A DNA stretch of 64,000 bases from a virus. Every line of letters starts with the position of its first letter. Within the stretch, counting starts at the first letter, position 1. The position numbers and the translations under genes are program-made. Positions 7,181 to 19,100 of this stretch are shown in pieces. The stretch spans positions 1 to 64,000 of the IMG/VR virus record IMGVR_UViG_3300007539_000013; one strand, 5' to 3'. The notes under the pieces were generated by a model. It searched no databases, had not been told where the DNA came from, and worked only from the letters and a program-made list of their open reading frames with translations.

Positions 7181-10100
7181 TTAGTATCGTATTGGCACTC
7201 CGAGTAATGCCATTCTTCGCAACTGAGACATACTAGGAAGGGCTGATGTATTCCTAGATGTGCCTATTTGGTTCAGGTAAAATTCATGCAAATCTATGTA
7301 ATTTTCTAACATAACTCGATCGTCCTCATCCTGTATCTCAAGAATTCTTTTCCAATCTTGGTCGGAAATCCTACCTTTAGTTATGCCATACCTTATGTTT
7401 CTTTGCCTGAACCTTTCGTGAATGTAATCCTCTGGAGTAGTGTTGATTTTGTTTTCTTCTATGTATACCTTAGCTGCTGAAATTGCTTCTTGGTATTGCC
7501 TGAAAAATTCTGCTTTATCATTCGCATAGGCTGCCCTCTCCATCTGGCGCAGGTTTACGGAAACAGGAGATGGCTTTCCGTATCCTTTGGCGGGAGGTGT
7601 TAATGGCAGACCCATCACCCATGCAGACTTTTTAATAAGATTCTTTGCAGTGAGGTAGTCAGCTACTCTACGCTCCTCTATATCCAAGTCCATAAGGTTG
7701 GATACTACATCCATCTGCTGAATTACTGAACCTAATCCAAGTCCGTAAAGCATTGGGCGAATAACATTCCCGTAGTCTGCCTCGCCCTGGTGGTACCATG
7801 TGCCTAAAGCATCCCGCACATTACGGAATGTATTAAACATGAACAACCTACTGTCTAATGAAAATTCTTTTGCCGCACCAAATGGATCCCCTGTTGCAAA
7901 CATACTATTTGCGACCTCAAACCCCATACCATACACATTACCAGCCCGTGCCAACCTAGAGGTAACTGCATAGATTGTGGACTCCTCATTGCTCATTGCG
8001 AATAATGGGCCGAATACCGGCATCATTGCCCACGGAGTAAGCGGAGGTAAGTTATTTGGCTTACCTACGATCTCCTCGTCATACCAATCTACTAGAAATG
8101 CTGCTGATAATCCCAATGGCATATACACCGCAGATACCAACCCTAGATACTTAAGGAATGCCATGTATGTACCTAGCTCATCTCCTGCCTCCCTACCTAT
8201 AAAGCGATTTGTCTGTGCCATCTTCCAGATTGGCCAACCGAGGAAAATGCCTGCGTAACGCATTAATCCATTATTATATAAAAGTGGAATCTTAGCATTA
8301 AATCCTTCACCAGACACATTGGACATACCAACCTGATTCATCATTAACACGGTATTATGCTCTAATACTGGTGCGTCTGGGTTGATTTGTTTCCGTTGTA
8401 GAAAGTCGTAAGCAAGTCGGGACATACTTGAGGTGCCATTCTCAAGTAGCATATTATTCATATTGTTCCACCCGTCACGCTCACCAATTACCATCTCAGC
8501 TGTCTTGGAGTTATTCATCCCTAACTGCTCTGCGGTGAATTCGATTGGCTCCATAATGTCCAATCCCTTCTCCTCGATGAACTTTGCGATCCTAAGTATT
8601 TCTGCCTCGTATGCCATGGCAGTACCTACGCCTACGGAGTGGTTGATTATACCATTCGCCCACGGGAACAATCCAGTAAACAAAGTAAAAGCATCAAAGG
8701 ACTGCCTGGTTCCATCAGGATTTAGTCTGCGACTATGAGCGATGGCATTTTTAACATTCCTTATGCCCTTTTTGAAGGAATTCATTTTTGTGCCACTTAC
8801 CATTTCTCCATTTGGCCCTACCTGTGTAAGTAGCTCCTGCAGGCTCAAGTTCATTTCTTCCGTACGGAAGTGTGTACTGTTTAGGGATCGGGCAATCCTG
8901 CTTGTCTTTGGTAAATTATAACCAAATGCCTCAATGATTCCACCGAAGGATTGGTTGAACATATTTGCAAGGGCGGCTCCAGTTGCCTTACCTGACATTC
9001 TATTCAATCCACGAAACGCCATTGGGAACTCACCCAATGCCAATGTCTGCCAAAATGAAGACTTGGGGTTATCAAGAACCATTAATGACTGAGTTCCTAG
9101 TAGCTCAAGCAAAACATTAGCGTCACCATAAGCACCGGATATATTACCCTTGCCGTAGTACTGACCAAGTTGGTCAAACACCTTACCGAACTCACGATAG
9201 GTTACTGCATCACTATACAATCTTTCAAATGCCAGCTTTCCGTCCTTCTCACCATAGTCCCGCTCAAGTATTTTATACGCATCACGCTTTACTGCGTTTG
9301 AGTAAAACATCTGAGGTGCCTCATGAACACCCCTTGTGGCTATAGTCATTACATTATTAAATGTGGAGGCACGACCACCCATCTTATCATAAAAGCCCTG
9401 CCCTACATCATTTATTTTCATCCCGTTCCTACCAAACACAGAGGTGGCAACCATCATAGCCAGTCGTATTTGGGTGCTTACTTCGTCATGAATATCGTAG
9501 TAGAAGAACTTCTTGGGTAGCTTGGACTCAATTTGCCTTGAGTCAAGTGATCGGGGTGTATTCTTAATTGCCTCACTTGCCTTCATGACATTGTGAGCCT
9601 CGTTTGCTACTTGATTGTCAGCTCGTACCAGCCTTTTGTACCTAGCATCTAGTTGCTTTGAGAAACTTGCATACCACTCAAACTTTGATTTCTCGACCTG
9701 CTCTGCATCAAGTCCGTCAGTATCTGAGAAGTTATCAAATATATTATCAAGGAAGGTTATCATATCTCCCCCTGACTCTTTCCATGCTAATGCAAATTGG
9801 GAGTTTCCGACAGGGGCATTATCTGGCCCACTAAAGGCAGACCTACGAACCCCACCAAGAAGGAAGGGTTCAACAAACTCTTTTACAACTTGAGGGTCAC
9901 CGTACAATAAGTTGTACATCTCGGTAACAGTTTCTAGGTCATTCTCAGCTGCGCTATTAGCAAGATTCTCCAATAGCTTTATTCGATTCCTGTCAGAATT
10001 AGAGTCTTCCTTGAGTTTATTTCTCATCATTAAAACAACCGATGAGATCGCATGATTGTTTAATGTTCTACTCCATGTTGAAAAACCGAGATCGATTGGT

Positions 10101-13100
10101 CTTCTGTAAAAGTCAACTTGTGATCCATCTAGTTCTGACTGAACCGTAACCTCGTCATCACGAATACGATTACCAAGAATCTCCTCGTTTACATAACGCA
10201 TATAGTTCTTGGCTTCTATTTCCTTCTGTACCCAAAACCGAACTGCATCACGGGCACGATTCATGTCTTTAACATTTTCGAGGTGCATGGGTCTTTCTTC
10301 CCGCATCCACTTCCACATTTGCGAAAAAGCTTCTTCTTCCTGTCCGTAGTACTCGGGATGATTATCAAACCAAAATGCCATATCTTGCCACACCTCTGTG
10401 TATAGGCTCGGGCCATCTAAGCCTAGCTCTTTAGATACCCTAACAAACGCACGGTTTGCTGATATGGAATATGCTTTAACTTTACTTTGTAAGTCACGGG
10501 TTTGCCCAATTACCTGAGTAATAAGTCCGGCAATCTTTTTACCAGCAGGGCCAAACCTACCCATTGCCTGACCAACTGACTCAAGGGATCCAAGATGCCA
10601 ATTTTTTCTTTGCGTAAAGTATTTATCCTTGAGCCCGCCCGTTGGATCCATAAGTGCAACCTGTGCGTTCCTTGCCATGTTTCTAAACCATGGCTGGTCT
10701 CCATACTTCTGAACATTTACAGGATCACGACTGAACATGAGCGTTTCAGATATAGCCTTATTAAAGTCTGGGTTATCAATAGCCCCATTCTTATCTAAGC
10801 TGATAACCATTGTCTTCTTCGTGTACCCCCCGGTAGGCTTGCCATCCGCGTCACGATTTAGTCGCATTACTAAGATCGGTTCACCATCCCCAACATTGGT
10901 AGGCTCAAGCTCACCCATAGCTGCACGAAGACGCTTATACCTAGGGTTAATTGAGTTATGCAACTCCTTGAGCATTACCTTTTCCTTCTGAAGGAGGGTC
11001 TGGAAGTCTACTAAGTCTAAGAGCTTTAACCTCTTTTTCTTTAATCCATTAAGTCTTTTCTCAAGGGATGACTCATATGAGAATCCATCTGATGTGAGGT
11101 CAGCTCTGGTAGCAGTAAATATTTTATTTATATCCCTAAGTAGCTTGGTTCGCTCAGCACCCTCCCCTAGTTTGTCGGTAGACATTCTATACAGGAATAA
11201 GCTTGAGTCCTTTTGCGTTTGAAGAACCTTAACTATAGCCATCCTTAGGTACTTACTCTCAGGTGTGTCTTTCGAGAACTTAGGGTCATTAAGATTCTCA
11301 ATAGCATCATTCATCTCCTGAGGATTAAAGTCATCAAATGTATCAATATCTGTTACCTTACTTAGAATCTTTCCGACATCCCTAGATGTTACGCCATCAA
11401 GATCCATTGCGGTCTTGCGGATTGGCTTCTTTACCAGTTTTGCAATATCTTCAATCTGCTCCCTAGTTAGCTTTTTCATGCTAATAGTAACAGTCTTTGC
11501 GATGTCCTCTGGACTAGCTAGTCCTCGCTTCTGAACATCCTTAAACATCTCGTTGAATTCTTCGATCTGCTGATCTGTGTCCTTAATCTGACTTTCTGCG
11601 TAGTCCAGCCTATCTAAGATGCCAGGGACTTTCTGCTTCCTACCCCTTAACATCATTGAGATGAGGTCAATAGCTTGATTGGTGGCGTGAGTTCTTGTTA
11701 CTTGATTCCTGCCTTGATCTCCAATCCTTATAGATTGCGGATCCTCGATTCCTTGGCTTATTCTTTTATAGTACTTCTCATTACCAACCTTGCCGGGTGC
11801 ATACTTATTTATAAAGTCTTCTGGACTTTCTGTGACCATGCCTTTAGCGGCTAAGTTATTGTATGCTCGTGATAACAATGTAACCACCTCATTAATAGCA
11901 GCTACATCTCCTTCTTGAAATACACGCTCAGAGGCATCTGGGGTGGGGACTGCTTTGAGTGATGCATGGTTAAACTTATAAATATGCTCAAACTGCGTAG
12001 AAAACATCTCAGCTAAATTAGACCCAGCCTTACTGAACACTTCCCTTAATACAGGAAATAATCTGTAATCTAATCTCCATGCGTTATCTGCCATCATGCC
12101 CTGGAAATCAAGAGCGGGATGACGCATAGCTTTCCCCTCGGCTATGCCATTTTTATATTCTTCCAACCTCTCGCTGTACTCACTTGAAGAACTAGCATCA
12201 AATATTTCTTCCGAGGCTTGCGAAGTCACCTCTCCTGCCTTGTGATTATATACAAGACTAGCGAGGTCGGGGTGCATATTTTTTCGGTCAGCACTAATTA
12301 CTCGACCAGATATAGAAGCTAATGCTGATATTTTCCTTAAGTTTTCAAATAATTCTTTAAGCGCACTCCTCTCATGGGGAAGCAAGGTATATCCGTAGGT
12401 CAGATTCCCTTGATCTAAAACTTTTTGTATATCCTTATATCTGGTTGCCAATAAAATCATATGGGCGCCCATATTGGGATTTATTTTACCAATATTATTG
12501 ATCTCCCTGAACTGTTTAAATGCTGCCGTATCTTCAAGGCCAGGCATAAGATACCTTAGGCTTTCCTCATTAAACCCACCTGGGTTTCCATCTATTTTAT
12601 CAACAGCATGCTGTATTTCATGCACAAGTGTTCTAGTAAGGTACGCAGAATAAGCATCCCTTTTTGCTGCGGAGTCTATGCCATACTCCTTAAGGGTATC
12701 CATGTCTATGTCCGTTGCAAAATGGCCATCAGGCTCCAATCTACTTCCGATAAGCATTGGAGAATCCTTAGTCCCCTTTCTTATTTTAATAACACCACCA
12801 CCATATGATCCCAAGGCTTCCATGTCCTTGAAAATGACGGGCATGCTTTCTAATTCTGGATACGATTGAAATAGTTCCGGCCAATCAATTAAGGTGCCTA
12901 AGGTAAAGTTATCGTCAGGTAACTTGTCACCGGACTTCAGGTCTATTAAATCTGTTCCATCATGCAAGATGCTACCCTGCATCCTCATGTTGGTTGGGTC
13001 TATTAGAACTCTCGTTGTTCCATCGAACCATTCGAATGAATATTCTGCCCCTAACGCTTGAATTGCCCCCTTGCCACCAAGCATGTGGAGCTGACCAGTA

Positions 13101-16100
13101 CCCCTGGCATTAAGATCATTTAACACCTCGCGCATTGGGGTAAGCTCTTGAGCCATATTTATAATGGCATCCAACTGTTCGTTTGCCCACTTGAGTGATT
13201 CGGTGCTTGTCTCAAGTCCAAAGATACGTGCAAGGATTGCCTTGATATAATCCCACGCATTGGAAATCCACGATCTACTAATTCCCAGTTTCTTGCGAGT
13301 CTGCTCTGAAAATCTTGTCTTAGATAATGCTCTACGAAACTTTGGATTAGACGCAACCTCCGACCAGAACTCATCTACTGATGACAATCCATGTACATAG
13401 TCTGCGTTACCTAGTTTTTCGCGTAACTCAGGAAGCACAACATTATTCAAGTTAGTGTATATTCTTCCAAGGGTATCCTCATCAACTGCCAGGTCTTTGA
13501 TCTGTGCCATTGAAGCAAAGGTTTCCAAGCTATGCCCGTTTGCTTTTGCGTAACCAATATCCATGGCCAGCTTTGTAGGGGCATGAATAATTTCGTGCAT
13601 TAGCACTCCAGCTAGTTGCTCGTCCGCACTTACATCCAAGTTATCATAATACAGATCGGAAACTAAAATTTTATTTTCAGAGGGAATGTATACAGCTGTG
13701 GAAATTTGATCTTCTTTAGTGGTGGCGTATTTTCTAAAGTCACTCCAGTTTACAAACTGGATAGTCATATTATTGATTAAATCAGAATTATTTCGCTGTA
13801 ATGCCTGAGCCCAAAACTTAGTTGCCTTATTAGCTTTAGGCATCTCAAGGATTCGCTTGAGTGCAAGCTTAGCGGTGAAATTCCTCGTGGTATAAATACC
13901 ATGCTTTATGTGAGGCCCCATGGTGTTGGTTAATGGAGAGCCAACCCTAATCCTTTCCCGCGATTCCATGAATCGCTCCATTGCGTTCTTTGCATCAGCT
14001 AACTGCTCCTCATTACCAGACAAAATAAGGGGATGCTCCCTAGGTAATGCAACCGCACCGATCTGCTTTCTTCTTCTTGAGCGATCCCTCTCAATATCCT
14101 CTTCATTTAAAGGAGTGGTTGGATGCTCCATTTCACGCCCAGTCGTAATGTCAACAAACCCTTTAGGCATGGTTCGCATGTTGGGTAGTGTTTGATTCGA
14201 CTCAGCTGTGTAAATGAGCGGGCCATTACTAAACATGCTCGCTAAATTATTTACAAATAACTTGGTGTTGTAATCCCCGTATATTGAGGACATGCGAGTC
14301 ATTGGAGTTGCCCTTACATTTGTATCAAACATATCAAGACCCTTATCCATCCTATATTGGTCAAGTGCCTTAATTTTAGTTTCAGCAATAATTAACTTAT
14401 CGTCTGTTCCTTTTCTTTTTTTACTTCTACTTTGCTTGCTTGGGCCTACCTTCCATATCTTCTGGTCTCCCAATGGAATTCCGTATGCCTTTGCTAGGCT
14501 TTCCATTATCTGTTTCCTTATCTGGGAGAAACCAGTCCCGACCATAACATTACTATAATCCTTAACGAAACCGATTAGTTCATCTGAGTTTGTAATTTCA
14601 GATATTAATCTACTTATCTGATCTTTAATATCCCGCCCTAGAATTGACTCGAAAGTATTCGCATCATCGACGATCTCAAACATGTCTTGCGCATCTATTT
14701 TTGAAATAGATTTAGGGGATTCTGTGTAATGCTTGAAATAATCCAAAAATAGCGATTTAAATTGAAGGTTGTCTGAGTCGCCTCGCTTAATTGCATCAAG
14801 TATGTCCTGCCTTGCCATTGCTTGATCTCGCTTCTCAGCCATATCCTCAGCTGTACTGGAATAAATTATTACCTCCTCAAATTTCTTGGCTATTGAATTT
14901 ATAAATTTTTCAGCAGGACGAGAATTAATTGCAGGTATACTATAGCTTTTTTCCTTCCTTAGTGGATTCTTTTTTGAGAACTCCACCCAATCATTATACT
15001 CGGGGGAGCCTATTTCAAATTTAGTCCATTCAATATATGTTCTTTGCTCAGTTGGTGAAGGAATAATCACGCCTTCCTGTACAAGCTCTTGATACGCAGC
15101 AACCGACTCTGATCTAATAATCTTCTTGAGTTGTTGCATCTCCTCACTCCTGGTTACATTACCTAGAAGATCGAGGGAGTATTTCTCCAGTCCTGACTCA
15201 ATCTTTCTAAGACCGAGATCCTCCCTGATTTGCTCTATGTTACTCATTAAGTTCTCAACTCCACCAACTACTGTCTTAACATAGTCTTGATCTTGGGTCT
15301 GGTAACCAATCAATCTCCGGTGTATCTCACTATACCTTGATATAGTGTCCCCTACTTTCGGTGAATTTCTTAAAGCAAGATAAAGCAATTCTTTATCTAC
15401 ATCCTGAAACTTTGCCTCTTTGCCAAGGCTTCTTATTTCTTCTTTTACCTCTTTATCCGATACATCAGTATTATCCAGTAAATCAGTGAAGAATGTAACC
15501 TCTGTTGAGCCCTCACCTTTATTTAAAATATCCGTTATTCTTTGCTGAAGCTCGGGTTCAAGTTGATTATATATAGACAGTACGTCCTTCAAGTCTGCCT
15601 CTATGAGACCATTCTGAACACTAAACTTGGTATTTAATAAATTAAGTAAAGACTCAATGGCTCCAGTACTCGTGTCCCTAATGATGATTTTTTCAACCTG
15701 AAGCTCCGAAAGAATCTGACTCAATTCATTTATTCGCTTTTTATAATTCTTTGGCTTTTCCCTTTGAAGTCTTTCTATTTGCTGTATAGCGGAAAACGAC
15801 TCCTTAAGTCTTTTCCCTCTGCCTCCCGAAACCTTAGGGACACTTAGTTTTGGAACGAATTTATCTTCAGTTCTATTATAGGCAGCTACTGCTTGAACCT
15901 CAGGATCGGAGGTAAACTCACCTATATTATTGTACATCAAATCAATCCGATCCGAGTGAGGGGTGAATAATTTGATTTGCCCAATCATGGTGTAGTCTTC
16001 CATGTCCGCGACCACACTATTTCTGTTTGCAGGAATTGAATTATCTTTGTTCCTTTTTACAGAATCAAAGACCCGATTCCCCTTATCATCAAGCTGGGTA

Positions 16101-19100
16101 ATTCTAATGTTTCCTTCTTCCAGTCCGTTCCTTGTTTTGTCAGCCCGTAAAATAACAAGCACCTTCCCCTCGTCCCCTTTGGTCATCGATGGGGAAATTT
16201 TATTGTCTACTGAAAGAATAGTAACCTCTTCTGACTCAAGTGACTTTTCAAGCAATGGAAGGTATGCGTTCTTTTCTTCCGGTATTGGTTTAGTAAACTC
16301 TACATCTCCGATGGTAAAAACCTTGCCATATTCCTCAGACCTAAACTCATAATACCCGCCTGTTGCCTGCCTTCTGTTTTTAAATATACGCTTTACCCCT
16401 TTTGGCCTCTTATTAAATAAAGCATCTTCAAATTCTTCTGGGGTAGAAGCATCTATCTTTTGATACTGACCACTCCTTTGCTCGTACTCATACTCAGCGT
16501 CAGGATCAAAATCAAATGTTTCTGTGGTACCAAGATTATTGGATTGAACCTGGGAAAATGTAGTAACTGCCTTTCCTGTGAAAAGGGGGCGTTTATGATC
16601 AAATGCCCATCTAATTGCATTGAACTGGTCACCATCAAAGTACTTATCATCAATAGCTCCACCTTGAGACTTCTTGGTTTGCTCGGGAACATCCTCCATT
16701 AATTTCTCGCGAGGGATATTACTGCCCACGAACCTAGATGACTGCTCATATTGATGGTTACCGACAATCGTTCCAATCAATGGGCGTATAGGATCATCCC
16801 CCGTGATCTCACTTATTGGTCGAAATACTTCCTCAATCTCATTAGCGGTGTAACCAAGATTGGACATCTCCTGACGGATCGCATTGTCCTCGGTTTCATA
16901 TATACCATCTTGGTTCTTTGTTACGATAATTGACCTTCTTGTGGGGCCGACATTCTCAAAGACAACTCCGTCATTATCTGTAGCTAAATTTCTTTGAGCA
17001 ATCTGGTTATCCTCTTCTGTTACCTGACCGCCCTTCATGTCGATCACTAATGGGTTTTGCAGAAGTACTGTCTTTTGCCCTTCTGTGGTAAATATACCAC
17101 CAAGACCCCCAATGTATCCTCCCTCGGGCGCCTCCTCACTGAATAGTATATTAGAGTCCTCGCCTGCTTGGAACCCACTGTAGATTTGCTTTACCCCGCC
17201 AATCTTACCTCTTTTTGTAAACTTGGTTACATTACCTATTCGCTTACCAGTTTGAAAGTCGTACGCACCTGTTGCATCAATCTCAATCGGGCGAGTGGTT
17301 ATATTTCCACCTTTTACATTTACCTGCTCGGCTTTCATTACTCCTGTGTCTGCATCGTAGGATGTAATGGTGTATGGCTCTGAGCTATTGTTTAGTTTTA
17401 CTTTTTGCCCGACAGGATCGGGAACTTTTACTTTTCTGCCGTCTTCGCTTACTTGACCAAATAATCTTTCTACCTTTTTCTTATTTCGTCTTACTTGCTC
17501 CTTCGCGTTATCTTCTTCAATCTTTGCATCCCTTGCGGTAGGCACACTGTAATTACCATTTGCATCGAGAACATTAAGCTCCTTAAGCTGAGTAAGTAGC
17601 TTTTGCCCCTGCTTGCTTTGACTATTGACCCCTGTGATTTCCGTAAAATCTTTTTTGGGGCTAGCTGACTTACTTGAAATCCCGTTGTTTTTGGAGGCTG
17701 ATGATTCGTACGCTTTAATCGCCTTCTCAAGAGTTTTCCTTTCTTGAGGCTCTACTTTTGTGGTTTTTTCATTGTATGTGAAATCTTCGGTTACTACCGC
17801 AGGTTCATCATCTTCAATGCTTACATCTTCCTCTTCTTCAACCTCTGGTAAGTCTTCTTCCTCGGGAACAAATGCGTCATTAAAAAGACCTTCAGTATCA
17901 AGATCTACCTCAACCCTACTTGTTACTTCTTTATCACCTACCTTAGATTTAGTTTCAATAATAGCAGTATTATCATCAATGGTGGATACAGTTCCGCTAA
18001 TCTTTCTACCTTCCCGAAATACGGCAACGGGATCACCTGGCTTGAACTTAACATCTTCCTCCTCCTTTGCTTCAATTTCCTCAAGGGCAGAATCAATCTC
18101 ATCTGCCATAGCAAAGTCCTGAGGTAAGGTTTGTTCTTGTTCTAATTCGGTTTCATTATCGGACTTCAAGTCATCTCCTGACTTGTCCTTACTGTCCCCG
18201 AATCGAATTGCACCTGCTGCACTAAACTGAACACCACCTAGTGCACCAAGTACACCAGCATCAAACATCTGCTCAAGCTCCTCGCCAGCAAAAGTGAGTT
18301 CACGACCTCTTGCATACTTATCAGCCGCAATGTTTATGAACTCTTGAGCGGCCTCAGTAGCACCCTCAACAAATACACCTTCGGGTAAGTTATACAACAA
18401 TCGCTTAAGGTACTGAGCGGAAGCCTCTTCTCCGATTCCGATAATTTTATTTAACTGCAGACCCGCCGAAAACAGGTCTAAAGAACCAGCTAATGTACCA
18501 AATCCTATGGATAAACTCTTGGCTTTATCTGGAGATACATAGTCCTTATTAGATGGGTCGAGCTGAGTATATGGATATAGCTCGGTGTATATTTCACCCG
18601 TACCTAATCCTATCGAGCTAGTACCTAAGCCTAACTGCATACCGGCCGTACTAAATGTACGCTTGATTGCTTGATCTGCTGTCTCGCTTGCACTCTTTCG
18701 TTTTACTACATTCTTAAGAGTTTCTCGTAGCCTACTCTTAACTACAGCCCGACCAGCTAAACCTCCTGCCCCTGCTCCCAATGCGAATGATCCGGCAGCC
18801 TCTACCGTAGATGGTAATGCCTCACCGAATCCACCCGCTAAAAATCTAGCAACCTCAGCCGGGTTATCCCACCTTACATCGGATGCCCTACTAATAGATG
18901 GGTTGTACTCTGATGCACGCTGTTGTGCCTCTGCCGCACTTTGCATGAGGCTTGCTTCGGCATCCTCAAACCCTAATGTGCCTGCAGCTAATCCAAGACC
19001 GCCCAATGCGGTACTTTTCATGCCTTCGTACCCCCGACCTATACCTTCAGGTATTTCCTTTAATCCACCAAGGAACCCTTCTCGACCAGGCTCTGGTGCA